Shown piece after piece: positions 41,483-54,901 of a stretch of 64,000 nt of DNA. This DNA comes from Eledone cirrhosa (lineage: Eukaryota): NCBI GenBank assembly GCA_964016885.1, contig OZ024755.1:3968001-4032000 (forward strand), written 5' to 3'. A model generated the notes under the pieces. It was not told the origin of the DNA, did not search any database, and saw only the letters and a program-made list of their open reading frames with translations. The position numbers were made by a program, and so were the translations under genes. Position 1 is the first letter of the stretch; every line of letters starts with the position of its first letter.

Positions 41483-42004
41483 AAGAAAAAGCGAAGCAGT
41501 TTCAGATGTTAAAGTCCTTTAATGATAATTGTTTCTACTTTAGGCACAAGGCCAGCAATTACCCAGTACATTACTGGTACTTTATTTTATCGACCCCGTA
41601 AGGATGAAAGGCAAAGTTAACCTCGGCGGGATTTGAACTCAGACCATAAAGGGACGTAACTATGCTAGAACGCATGGCGTCCGACCCTCTACAGATACTA
41701 CCAATCCAATGATAATTGTTTCTACTTTTGGCACAAGGCCAGCAATTACCCAGTGTATTACTGGTACTTTATTTTATCGACCCCATAAGGATGAAAGGCA
41801 AAGTTAACCTCGGCGGGATTTGAACTCAGAATGGCAAGGGCCGTAACTCTATCCAATGATAATGCTGTGATTTACATTTCAATGACGACAGTGGCCACAC
41901 GGTTCTGGTGTACTAGTGCCGTGTGGCCACTGTCGCCATTGAAATATGTATCACAGTATTATCATTAACGGACTTTAACATCTGAAACGGCTTCGCTTTT
42001 TCTT
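41483..42004. mobile_element. Fold-back cassette (about 87-bp arms) interrupted by two SINEs
   Basis: aagaaaaagcgaagcagtttcagatgttaaagtcc...[SINEs]...gctgtgatttacatttcaatgacgacagtggccacacgg is inverted at 41919-42004. Confidence 0.8.
41527..41852 (-). mobile_element. Two stacked SINE family A copies
   Basis: aatgataat at 41521, 41708 and 41855. Confidence 0.92.
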
Positions 42005-42265
42005 ATTACTGGCGCACCGAACCGGCTTCGGTTTTCTTATATGTGTATATATGTATGTATGTGTGTATATATATGTGTATATATGTGTATATATATGTGT
42101 ATATATGTGTATATATATGTGTATATATGTGTATATATATGTGTATATATGTGTATATATGTATATATATATGTGTGTATCTATATGTTTATATGTGCGT
42201 ATATATATGTGTGTGTATATATGTGTATATATATATGTGTATATATATGTATATGTATGTATATG

Positions 42266-42312
<47 letters not shown>

Positions 42313-42748
42313 TTACATATATCTTCTCTCTCTCTTTTTCAGTCTCTAACTTTCATACATTTATTTGTGTGTGGATGTGAATATATGTTTGTGTGTGTTT
42401 GTTAGTGCACGTGTATCTATGTATGTGTGTATGCGAGTGTGTGTATGCATGTATATCTGTGTCTAAATACAAGCCCTATATTTCTGTACCTAGAAATGGT
42501 GTATTTAGTTCGTCCCACCAATATCTTCGATGGCCAACTTCCATCACAGCCCTGTCTCAACTGTAATTGTCAATTTCACAACCGTTTACCTAATTAAGCT
42601 ACACTTCCATTTCCGGTTGCGCACTCGCAAATTGTGTAACTTCCACTTACTTGTAATAGACGCGAAAAATACATATCATATACACACTAATATTCGCACA
42701 CACATACATACTTACATACTCTCTCACACACACACACACACACACATT

Positions 42749-42854
<106 letters not shown>

Positions 42855-42911
42855 TATATATATCCATGCATACATATATATACATACATACAATATATTC
42901 AGACATACTCC

Positions 42912-42959
<48 letters not shown>

Positions 42960-43266
42960 GTATATAAGTTAAAACAGAAAACAAAAACAATAACGAAGTG
43001 CACTACAAAGTGTTAGTATTAGGTTCACGCTTGAGAGTGATATATGTATATATATATATATACACACACAGTACATAAGCACACACAAAGGCACCACAAG
43101 ATGGAGTAAATATTACAGAATGAAAACGAATAGGAAACACAGAAGAGGAAGACTAGTAGTTGAGAAGGTCACAGAATGTGTGACGAAAGAGCTTTCACAA
43201 TAACTATACACTTACTAAACTGGGCCAAGGAATTGCCCAGTTTAACTAATAATAAAACTGAGTGCC

Positions 43267-43351
<85 letters not shown>

Positions 43352-43463
43352 TTGGCTTCTACAGGTCCAGAACTGTTTCATTTGTAAGAAACCATATATA
43401 TATATATATATATATTTATATAAACGTACATCCAGTTTTATTATTAATAGTATGTTTGTTCAT

Positions 43464-43515
<52 letters not shown>

Positions 43516-43577
43516 CATTTTATTATGGCTAAATAGTGAGTCTTGTTACTTTGGAGTTTAGACTGTTTATCACAGGG

Positions 43578-43610
<33 letters not shown>

Positions 43611-43613
<3 letters not shown>

Positions 43614-43818
43614 CGAAGGAAATGTGGTAAGGAACCAAGTGGACCATAAAGCACCAAAGTACTCAATACTTAGGGTAGTAGAGTGGGTAATAGGAACGAG
43701 TAGGACCCCGACGGCTGAGCTCAAGCTGTTTCGACGGCTAATTCTGGTCCAGAATCTAGTCCAGAATTAGCCGTCGAAACGGCTTGAGCTCAGCCGTCGG
43801 AGTCCTACTCGTTCCTAT
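43611..43818. mobile_element. Fold-back cassette in (TA)n with about 58-bp arms plus an 80-bp tail
   Basis: 43690-43747 inverted at 43761-43818; tail recurs inverted at 54961-55057. Confidence 0.8.
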
Positions 43819-43850
43819 ATATATATATATATATATACAGGCACGTTTCA

Positions 43851-43897
<47 letters not shown>

Positions 43898-44379
43898 TGT
43901 GTGTATGAACATATATGTGTATATATATGTATTTATTTGTTTTTATGTAATCTGCATGCAATTACACAGACAAGTATTAACGTCATTTGATTCGTTTGTT
44001 GTTCAGATAGAAAATATTGAAATATTTGACATCCATTAAATGATGTTTGAATTCTAACGCTTTTTTTCTATCATAAATATTCCCACCGCTACTAATACAT
44101 CCTTTCCTCGTTAATGTCATGTTTTATCGTTCTCAGTTTCATCTTTCAATAAATACACCACAACATTATTAAAGAGTGGTGCAGGGCAAAATTGCTACAG
44201 TGACCGACAATACACTGTGGTTATTTTAGAGTATGTCTGTCAATGCTAAGTTCAAATTTTGTTGTTTGTAGATATTGTACAATACGTTTCTAGGGTCTTT
44301 AAGATAATTTGTTAACCCGTTGTCGTTTAGTTAAGTTAAAGTTAATATATCATATCTGATGTAGCGTCGTCACTCGAAT

Positions 44380-44670
44380 ACGGTTAGAACGTCAGATAGA
44401 ATGGTAGAGACGTTAGAACGTAATAGAATGGCAGAGTGGTTAGAACGTCAGATAGAATAGCAGAGTGGCTAGAACGTCAGATAGAATGGTAGAGTGGTTA
44501 GAACGTCAGATAGAATGGTAGAGTTGTTAGAACGTCAGATAGAATACTTTGTGGTACTTGTTCTGGCTTTTTGCTCTCTGAGTTCAAATCTGGCCAAGAT
44601 TAAAATTTGCCTTTCGTGCTTTCAAGATCGATATAAAAAAAAGTACCAGTCATTTACTATGATCGATTCT
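44380..44670 (+). mobile_element. Old SINE family A-related copy with tandemly amplified 29-bp head
   Basis: gaatgg(c/t)agagtggttagaacgtcagata about 5-6 times, then ctgagttcaaat and degenerate core. Confidence 0.75.
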
Positions 44671-46045
44671 TCCTCATTTTTCCCATTTATCTGAGTCTCT
44701 GATTATTTCATGTTTTCTCTTTGTCACTCTCATTTTCTTCCTCTTTATCAAACTCTCCCTTTCTGTTAATTTCTCCCTTCCCTTTTCCTTCCTCTCCCCC
44801 TCCCTCTCTCTCTCCCATTTCTCAGTCCTCTTTTCTTACCCTTCTTACAATTCTCGTTCTTTCTCACAAACAAAAGATTAACGATTACTTCCGAAGCCTA
44901 TTAATTTCTTACCTTATAAATTTCTCTCATATATTAAATGTGCTTAAGTGATTTCTTCGTAATTTCTTTTAAACATATTTTTTTTACAAGACAAACATTT
45001 AAATGAAATCCAATTTAAGTTATTGACATCTTAACTTAAATTATTTTTATTTTACTTCTTACAAAGCTCGTTAGATAACAACTTTCTTTTAATCTTGTAT
45101 AATTATATAAACATTCTCTTAATTACATCAAAAATTCTTTAATGTCCTTTGAAACCTTTACAGGTTGAAACAATCACTTAAATATGGCGGTTATTTTTCA
45201 CAGTTTATTTTTCAGTTTCTCCTACTAATAATTTGGTTTGATATTATTACATTATTCTACCAACCAATTCCCACAGCTGCGTTCTTTTCCCTCTTCTATT
45301 TCTACAATACTTGTATGTCAATGTATACACGATATAATTAACGTTTAATTTCTTGACAACGAAACAGATAAAAAAATGTTCAACATTTATTAAAGTAAAT
45401 ACTAGAAATTTTCTGTTATAACAATACGTCTTTCTATTTTAATTGTAGCATTCTCTCCTCCTTGTCCGCAAGGTAATACACACCTATTAATAAATTTAAA
45501 CCACATTTCTTGAAAAAACAGAATCCCGAACGCCATCCTCCCGAATGTTTAACTATTCAAAGTTTAGAATTCGGAAAAGTTGAAATGCTAGAAACCACAA
45601 TTCTGAAAATATTTATATTAAGGGAAAAATAATATCAAATATTAAAACAAAAAACACATTCTTAAAAGACAAAGAAATATAGAAATTACGTCATACAACG
45701 GCTGGACCCTGATAATGTCCGTCACCCCTCTACCAGTAATTGAAGCAGGTCGGATATTGTTTGGCTGAGAGGGCTGGTGTATAGTTTTTGAAGAACGTGT
45801 TTGAGTGTATTTCATGGCTGGTGCGGTACAGGTTTTGGCGTAGGGATGATTGTGGGATTGTAGTTTGCGTTTGCTTGGTTTGGTGTTGCCATGGTTTGGC
45901 ATGGGTTTCGTTTAGATTTGTTTACATTCTCGTTGAGGCAAATAAGGTTTCAGTTTTTATATATTTACAGTTTCAAATAGGAATTTATTTGAGAAACTTA
46001 TTAAAGCACACATACGACAAAAATATTTAAAGTGGACTGCAAGGA

Positions 46046-46346
46046 ACGTAGGAGTTAGGCCTATAACGTAGGAGATAGGCCTATAACGTAGGAGATAGGC
46101 CTATAACGTAGGAGTTAGGCCTATAACGTAGGAGATAGGCCTATAACGTAGGAGCTAGGCCTATAACGTAGGAGCTAGGCCTATAACGTACGTGCTATGC
46201 CTATAACGTAGGAGATAGGCCTATAACGTAGGAGATAGGCCTATAACGTAGGGGCTAAGCCTATAACGTAGGGGCTAAGCCTATAACGTAGGGGCTAAGC
46301 CTATAACGTATGAGCGAGGTCTATAACGTATGGATAGGCCTATAAC
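46046..46346. repeat. 20-bp minisatellite, about 15 copies
   Basis: Unit aacgtaggagataggcctat containing the palindrome ataggcctat. Confidence 0.95.
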
Positions 46347-46402
46347 CAATATAGATAAGTCGCCAGCGGCAGGCTGAGGCTTCATACTACAGTGAATAGA
46401 AA

Positions 46403-46438
<36 letters not shown>

Positions 46439-47655
46439 GGAGGGAGAGAGACAGATATGTTTCTTTATTTGCCATAGATAGATGTGTGTCGGTGTAGTGT
46501 GTGTGTGTGTCTGTGTGTTTATCTAACCATATCATTCACTATTTATCTTTCTATTTATATGTCTACCTGTCTATTTTCTGACCTTCATTTTATATTTTCA
46601 CATCAATTCCGTATTTATCTTTATCTTTCATGCTATCTCTCTCTCTCTCTATCTCCATCTCTCTCTCTCTATCTCCATCTCTATCGCTCTATCTCTATCT
46701 CTCTCCATCTCTCTCCATCTCTCTCTCTCTCTATCTATCTATCTCTCTCTATCTATCTCTATCTCTCTCTATCTCTCTCTATATCTATCTATATCTCTCT
46801 CTCTCTATCTATCTATCTCTATCTCTATCTCTCTATCTCTATCTCCCTCTCTCTCTCTCTCTCTTCACCCCTCTCTCTCACTCTCTCTCACTCTTTCTCT
46901 TATCTCTTCTCTTTCTCTCCCTCTTTCAATTTCTACTCTTCTATTTCTCTCTCTATAATTTCATTATTTTCCAATTACCTTTTATTTTTATCAGTTTTAT
47001 AGTTGAATTTACATTTTTATTTTTATATCCCCCATATTCTCTTATTCAAATCTCCCTAAGTCCCTCTCTCCATTCCGTTTCACGCAATTTTTCTTCCCAT
47101 TCCACCTACCACTTATATTCACTTTAAATTACGTTTGCTAACATTTGTCACGTAAACCCCCTCAAAATCCTCTCCGTCGTCGTCTTTGTCGCCATCCTAA
47201 TTATTACAACCCACATCCTACGTCTCTAGTAATTTTAAGCAGAACACTAATCTCTCTCACCTCATCCAATATTACAGTCGAGTATTTCTATTCTCACTGC
47301 GATGATAGGAATTTAGTAGTAGCTTTTATAATATGTCACTACGTTTCTCTCAATTAATTTATATCTCTCTAACCGCCATTTTACTCTTCAATGTTTCCTT
47401 TTATAGATCTTCCTATAGATATTTTTCTATTCCACTTAAATTTTCTAAATCGAAAGTCTGTTTCAAACCCCGAGACCCACCAGGCCTGTTCTTATTCCGG
47501 TTTCCATGGCGTGAAGCGACTGGGAGTTTACAAGACTTCCCATCCCTTTCCAGATGCACTACGAATGTCACAGATTCTACTGACAGAAATAGAGGTCCCA
47601 TGAAAAGTAAAAGTTGTAAAGTATTCCGAATATATATATATATATATGCTGATGT

Positions 47656-47850
47656 GAAGGCGTGGGGCTGATTGGTTAGAGAACTGGATTCACAATCGTG
47701 AGGTTGTCGGTTCGATTCCTGGACCAGGCGATGTGTTATGTATTGAACAAGACACTTTATTTCCCGTTGCTCTTTCTACCTGGAGTTGCGACCGATAGAT
47801 AGTATTAGAAAGACCAACGGAAACATTGTTTCCTCGGTCCGATTTGACGA
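47656..47850 (+). mobile_element. SINE family B variant
   Basis: B box ggttcgattcc; homologous to 28508-28706. Confidence 0.78.
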
Positions 47851-48823
47851 AAGTCGATCGACAAAATATATATATATATATATATATACTCATAGCTGGA
47901 AATCTTTTATTTTCTAAAACTTTTTTTTTTCATTTTCCCAACGAAGAAAAAAAAAAGCTTTTAATTTATCTATTCCCTAAAGCATGAAACGTCGACAGAT
48001 AACTTTGGTTTTTATTATCCTTTTTTAAACCTTTTTATATGTAAGGAATCCTTATCTTTCCTTAAACCTTTCCTGATAAAGAACCATAGATGCGAAAATA
48101 TGATCCAATGTCGGCTATACACTTTCAAAGAATGACGTATCTAATTATGTCTCTACTTATCAAATAGGAACTTATGTGCTGAATATATAGTATAAAATAT
48201 AACTAAATCTATAACTCGAGAGGTGGATGAAGGGAAGGATTTGCTTTTAATAACTTATTAATTACCATTCTATCGAATGTGTTTGGAAACCTCCACATTT
48301 TAGACGTTTGTGTCATTTTGTGAGTCACGTGATTCTCTTTTGCCAGCCTTACCATACTTCGTAGCATATATCGTTTTCCAAAACAGGAAACATATTAGCC
48401 CTCGAACACAGTATAATTTATCTTATTTCTGTACAAGCAAAGTATTTCGAAGATATAGATATGCATTGCTGGAAGTGTTTCATTTTCTAGAGCAGTTAAC
48501 TGTGTCGCCTGACAGCAAACACTTTTGGCAGTTTATAAATTTACTTCATTAAACTAGATGACAACTTTCATTTGCCATATTTCCTTCGTATTCGGGAAAA
48601 GAAACCAAAAGCTTTTATACTTATAATGCTTGATTTGTGGTTTAAGGAAATTCTAGGGAGAATTACTGTAGGTTATCAACTATAGTTTGACACCGGCAAA
48701 ACTAAAGAGTGAGATCTTCTGGGACTTGCGAGTGCTGATAACTACTATTATATGTAGGATAAGCTCAAACATGTTGGTGCGGGGGTAGATAAATGATTAT
48801 GAGTGACGAGTGGCCTAGAGGCA

Positions 48824-48996
48824 AGATTGTTGGAATTTCACCCATAATGTCGTGAGTTCGTGTCCTGGACTGGGTTATCTGTTGTGTTCTTGAGGAAGAA
48901 CACTTCATTTCACGAAGCTCTAGTATACTCAGCTGAAAATGAGTACCAGCAATAGCTGGGGGTTTAGCTATGCGATGGACTGCTGTCCTGTCCAGG
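48824..48996 (+). mobile_element. SINE family B
   Basis: tggcctagagg, gagttcgtgtcc, tgcgatggactgctgtcctgtccagg. Confidence 0.75.
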
Positions 48997-49454
48997 TGTG
49001 GAATCGTGTAATCTCAGTCTCCACGCCAGATATTTAATGGTGTTGTATGGAATGTATCTGTAGAAAAACACACACGCACACGCACACACATTGCATAGAT
49101 ACGCACGCGCATGCTCATATAAATGCGTAACTACACAAACAAAACCAGGAAACAGAAAGATATATAAGCCGTGTGTGTGCACAAGAATCGTTCTATTTAC
49201 ACAGTTGGTTGTACAAAGCTGAATATATAAATATGAGACAAGAGCCCCAATCGTTCACTCTGCTTGTTCTAGCAAGACACAAACCGCTGATGTAATAGAT
49301 TCAATTTGTTGAAATACATTAAAGGAAAAAGGGAACGTTAAAACAAAATAGGGGAGAGAAAGGAAACTTTTAGAATGTTTGCATTTGGTAATGTAATATC
49401 GTGTTCTGAGAGATAGAATATCACAAGTGTCTAGTGGGAAAAGAAGGATATTAT

Positions 49455-50030
49455 TCGGTGGATTGGTGCCAGTAATCAGTAGAGGGTCGGACATCATGCT
49501 TCGCAGAATATTGTTACGGCACTTTGTGTTCTGAGTTCAAATCCCGCCGAGGTTAACTTTGCCTTTCATCCTTACACGGTCGATAAAATAAAGTACCAGT
49601 AATACACTGGGGTCGATTTAATCGACTTTCCCCTTTCCACAAGAATTGCTGGCCTTTTGCCCAAATTAGAAACCATTATTACAAGTCCAGCATAGTTACG
49701 TCCCTTTACGATCTGAGTTCAAATCCCGCCGAGGTTGACTTTGCCTTTCATCCTTACGGGGTCGATAAAATAAAGTACCAGTAATGCACTGGGTAATTGC
49801 TGGCCTTGTGCCTAAAGTAGAAACAATTATTACAAGTACGGTGGATTGGCAGTATCGGTAGAGGCTAGGACGCCATGCTTTGACGAATAGAGTTAGGGCC
49901 CTTGCCATTCCGAGTTCAAATCCCGCCGAGGTTAACTTTTCCTTTCATCCTTACGGGGTCGATAAAATAAGTACCAGTAATACACTGAGATTATACACTG
50001 GCCTTGACCCCAAAGTAGAAACAATAATTA
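49455..50030 (+). mobile_element. Three stacked SINE family A copies (long form, truncated short, full short)
   Basis: attattacaagt repeated at about 49676 and 49827. Confidence 0.9.
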
Positions 50031-50116
50031 CTATTATTGACAGCTGCCTTGCTTTAATATGTTTTCATATCAACATTCGAGGTTCCGGATTTGACTAAGT
50101 TTATTCTGCATGGGAT

Positions 50117-50306
50117 AATAATTGTTTCTACTTTTGGCACAAGGCCAGCAATTATCCCAGTGTATTACTGGTACTTTATTTCATCGACCCCATAAGGATG
50201 AAAGGGGAAAGTTAACCCCGGCAGGATTTGAACTCAGACTATAAAGGGCCGTAACTCTTTGCTGCAAAACATGGCGTCCGACCCTCTACCGATACTGCCA
50301 ATCCAC
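50117..50306 (-). mobile_element. SINE family A, tail-to-tail with the preceding copy
   Basis: Head, core and tail match. Confidence 0.9.
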
Positions 50307-50747
50307 AATATTTGGAATTTATTAATTTTAATCTTGGAACATTCTTGAAAGTTACCTTTACATGGTTAAGTCGAAAAAATAAACCTAATATTTTATAGCA
50401 ACTGACTCTGAACCAGTTCTTCACAAGAATAACACTGAACATCGTTTCGTCTACGAATCAAGCCTGTTCTTTGTTTATGTTTACCGTAATCCTTTAATTA
50501 ATTACCTAATCTTTACAATTTACACCTGATGACGTCGCCAGTCTTATGTCATCATCTGATGAAGTAACCAGGCCATAGAGATACGTATTGCGATTATGCA
50601 ACATAGAAAAAATATTTGGAATCTGGTCTTCTGGTGTCTTTATACAGATACACAAAAAATACACACGCACACATGTACACATATATACATTCGTACACAC
50701 ATATTCACATGTACACATCCAAACTTATATTGTTATATACTTATATT

Positions 50748-50783
<36 letters not shown>

Positions 50784-51021
50784 CCCCCCCCCCTCTCTAT
50801 GTCAATGGTTGTCTCTATGAGTGACAGTCTCTTCGTATACATTCCTTTCCTGCTGTATTATTTTCGCATCGTCGTGTCTAATAATTCTGACCTTCAGTTC
50901 CATTCCAATCTCTTTAATTATGATACTTTTATTTCTCTCTCCTTTTTACACAGATACAGATAGAGAGACAGATAGACAGATATATAGATAGATTGACAGA
51001 TTGACAGTCAGATAGACAGAC

Positions 51022-51055
<34 letters not shown>

Positions 51056-51398
51056 GCAGACAGATAAACAGATAGATATTTTTTTAGATAAAGATACGTT
51101 TTTATTTTTTTGTATATAGATAAAAGGAAATAAGTTTTTTTAGAAAGTTTTGTGATTGTTTTTCATCGATATCTTCCCTCTCCTACCACTTGCTATTATT
51201 TTTACAATAGACGTCAGCAGATTTCTCAGGTAATGTCCATTCTCTGATGATTTACAATTTTACCATTCCAAGTACCTAACCACGAAGACTGATTGAGTAT
51301 TCTTTGGAACATTCCAATATATACTTTCTGCTTTTACTTATCATCACCATTACCATTACCACTATCACCACCACCACCGCAATCGCAATCGAATTTTG

Positions 51399-51459
<61 letters not shown>

Positions 51460-51460
<1 letters not shown>

Positions 51461-51730
51461 AAAAGGAATTCCAACTTTGACTGATTTACTCGTTTTATTT
51501 CAATCCTTTAAAATGTATAATGGTATTAAAATGAAATATTATGGTAGAATATTAAATGTTAAGTGTTAATTGAACAAGTACTTTCATGCTTTCGCAATCT
51601 TCAGGTTCATATTCTGTGGTGACAGTCAAGTTTGCAATTTTCAGCTGTTGAAAATTGCAAACTTGACTATCAGAATATGAAATAATCAATCAAAGTATGA
51701 GTAAATCAATCAAAGTTGGAATTCCTTTTA
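51460..51730. mobile_element. Nested fold-back cassette in (TA)n containing a hammerhead motif
   Basis: Outer arms 51460-51491 / 51699-51730; inner hairpin 51606-51681. Confidence 0.75.
51571..51609 (-). ncRNA. Minimal type-I hammerhead ribozyme, intact core
   Basis: TGAAC-CTGAAGA-tTGC(GAAA)GCAt-GAAA-GTAC-TT-GTTCA; perfect 5-bp stem I, GAAA-capped stem II, palindromic stem III AGUACU. Confidence 0.72.
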
Positions 51731-51768
51731 TTAATATAATCTTCTATACACAATCATACACACCCGTA

Positions 51769-51817
<49 letters not shown>

Positions 51818-51884
51818 ATGTAAAAGGTAAAGGTAAACGGAAATAACAACACAATAGGTACAGTATATGGGAGGGATATATTAG

Positions 51885-51918
51885 GTTAACGCTTTCGGAC
51901 GCTAGTCCTTCATCACAA
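51885..51918 (-). ncRNA. Degenerate hammerhead motif
   Basis: gTGATGA-A-GGAC(tagc)GTCC-GAAA-gcg-TT; similar to cggatgaaagactaatatccgaaacgta at 3460-3487. Confidence 0.45.
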
Positions 51919-52232
51919 GAAAGATGAGAAATAAGATAGATTGAGGGGACGGGCGGGTTGGAATTGGGGAGAAAATATATATATATGTATATTGTATAGT
52001 ATATTTTATATCCATTTGTATATGTGTGGAAGAGAGAAAGAAAGATAAATGCTAGAAGGCTGAGATCTTTTTTTATGTTTTACTGTAATAAGGGGTCGCT
52101 CTCCATCCCCGTTTGTATTACTGGTATTGCTAAAATTAAGAATCAACAAACAAACAAACAAAAGCAAAAACTGACGAAATGAGTAAAAACAAAACAAGAT
52201 CTATAGTTGGAAATATCTTTTACGTAACCATG

Positions 52233-52451
52233 TACAGTGTGTTTGCTTTTTACGCGAAGATGCGTTCGTGAACACGACACGTCAAGCACATTCGCGTAAT
52301 TCACGTATTATATTTCTGATAAATAAAAGAAATTAAAAACCACACACGTTATATCGCCTTATTCGGGCAAAATGAATATTTGATATTTTTTCAAAGTGTG
52401 TTAAAACGAATTCGTGTACTCTAAATTCGCGTAAAAAGCGAACAGACAGTA
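52233..52451. mobile_element. pogo/Tigger-like MITE
   Basis: tacagtgtgtttgctttttacgcgaa / ttcgcgtaaaaagcgaacagacagta. Confidence 0.7.
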
Positions 52452-52870
52452 GTATATTTATACGTAACCATGGAAATCTTTATACGTAACCATAGAAATA
52501 AAAATCTTTTTTTTTTTTTCGTCTTTTTAAAAAAATTCGTTTTAAATTTCAAAGTAATTATTTTATGATGTTTGTCTCGGATCAGTGAAGAGTGATTAGG
52601 CTGTTTAAAATGTTTCTTCTCAATCTCTACATTAAAACTAATGTAAAAGTAGTTCCCAGACGCTTTAATAATAATGAGGAGGAGGGGGAGAGGGGGTAGT
52701 TTTATAAATTAGAGTCTTTAGTTCACTCTTAATTGTTTTTCTATCTAATTACATTATCAGAGAAATCTGTAAAATTCGCCTTCCACCAAGGTAACAAAGC
52801 ATTTCATAATAATTTTATGGGGTATTTAGTTTGTTTTATGTTGGTGTTAATGGATACTAATTCTCACAGT

Positions 52871-52950
52871 CAGGGCCGGGTTTAATGGGGAGGAGGGGCA
52901 AGGGGGCAATTTCCCCGGGTCCCATGCAGTGGGGGGGGGGGCTCCACCAG
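52871..52950 (+). mobile_element. GC-rich hAT-like MITE terminus (CAGGGCCGG)
   Basis: cagggccgggtttaatgggg...gccc; related end cagggtcggattta on the minus strand at about 8440. Confidence 0.4.
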
Positions 52951-53084
52951 TGACGACCGTATCAATTTATTTGTGCCCACAGAGTTAAAATGAATGTATG
53001 CAAGATTTTAGAGCTCTAGCATCATTCCTTTATAGTCAGCCTATGGAAATTTCTGCTGACCTTTGTATTATTATCTCTATATTA

Positions 53085-53295
53085 GGGACGGTGGATTAGC
53101 AGTAATCGATAGAGCGTCAGACACTTTGTGGCATATATATTTACGGTCCTTTATATTCTGATTTCAAATCCTGCCGAGGTTAGCTTTGCCATTCATAGAT
53201 AAAATAAGGTACCAGTAATACACTGAGGTCGATTTAGTCGACTTTTCCCTTCCATCTCTCAAAATTATTGACATTGTGCCTAAATCAGAAATCAG
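53085..53295 (+). mobile_element. SINE family A, old long form
   Basis: Diverged head, core, hairpin segment and tail. Confidence 0.8.
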
Positions 53296-53626
53296 TGTTA
53301 TTTAACACCAGATCACCTCTGAAAGAATAAACCTATGACCAAAAGCTTCCCAGCCGTGACCATTCCATCGTTCTTCAGATATTGGTTAACTTAGTCTGCA
53401 AAATTCAAGGTCCTTGTTTTCTTCATATCTTTCTCCTTTCTCTCTTTTTCTTATGTCTCATTAATTGCTTGCTTTCATAAACAATCTCTGAAATATAAAT
53501 CATGATTTGTTTCAAAAGGGGAGAAAAAAATCTGTCCTTTTCCGATGCTAATAGATAAATCACGGGAGAAAATATAATCACTGCGATATTAAGAATCTAA
53601 GAGAATCTAAAGTAATATTTATAACG

Positions 53627-53660
<34 letters not shown>

Positions 53661-53826
53661 GCTAAAATAATATTTATGACATAATATATATATATATATA
53701 TGAAAGCTAACGAATATGAAACAACAAAAATGGAATTTTATTGGAAATTTCCCTTATTTTGGATTTAATCAAAATTTCTAAACTTCACATGCCCGAACAA
53801 ACATTTAAAAAATGTATTTCATTTGC

Positions 53827-53899
<73 letters not shown>

Positions 53900-54016
53900 A
53901 ATTTCATAAGTGTGTGCTTGATATATATATATATATATATATCAGAAATTTCATAAGTGTGTGCTTGATATATATATATATATATATATATATCAGAAAT
54001 TTCATAAGTGTGTGTT

Positions 54017-54050
<34 letters not shown>

Positions 54051-54389
54051 TTTCTTCTTTTCTGATTCCATAGAGAAACAACGATAATAATGTTTTAGTT
54101 TGGGGAAAGTTTTTTATCATTTAGTTTTTTTTAGGTTTTCCTTACGTGAAAACAAGTTGTTTATGTTTTAAGCCTCTAATAATGATGGTAGATATTTCAG
54201 TAATCTTCAAATAACGGGACGCTGCTGACTATAATAGCCTCGTTTATCCGGAAATAATATAATAAATTGGAAGATATATTCTGCAATATTCTCTAGTGCT
54301 ATTTCGAAATAAATCTTTCTATCTTAATATCAGAGTTTTTTATTATTAGGCCAATAAAGAAATTATTATTATTATTATTACTATTATCC

Positions 54390-54699
54390 TGTGGATTGGC
54401 AGTATCGGTAGAGGGTCGGACACCATGCTTTGCAGCATAGAGTTATGCTCCCTTACGGTCTGATTTCAAATCCCGCCGAGGTTAACTTTGCCTTTCATCC
54501 TTCTGGGGTCAATAAAATAAAGTACCAGTAATGCACTGGGATAATTGCTGGCCTTGTGCCAAACGTAGAAACAATTATTATTATTATTATTATGGCGGTG
54601 GATTGGCAGTATCGGTAGAGCGTCGGACGCCATGCTTTGTGGCATAGAGTTATAACCCATTACGTTCTGAGTTCAAATCCCGCCAGGGTTAGCTTTGCC
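54390..54699 (+). mobile_element. SINE family A full copy plus 3'-truncated copy in (ATT)n
   Basis: Both preceded by attatt runs. Confidence 0.88.
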
Positions 54700-54776
54700 A
54701 TATACAAATAGATGTGTGTTTTGGTAGTTTGGAGAGAAAAATATGATTATTGAGAGGCGGGGCAGTTCCACCGCCC

Positions 54777-54819
<43 letters not shown>

Positions 54820-54857
54820 CGTAACGATATATTATCACTACATTATTGATAACCTGA

Positions 54858-54901
<44 letters not shown>

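Noticed and set aside
47656-47730. tRNA gene (A and B boxes)
   Set aside because: No proper acceptor stem; continues into a SINE body shared with 28508
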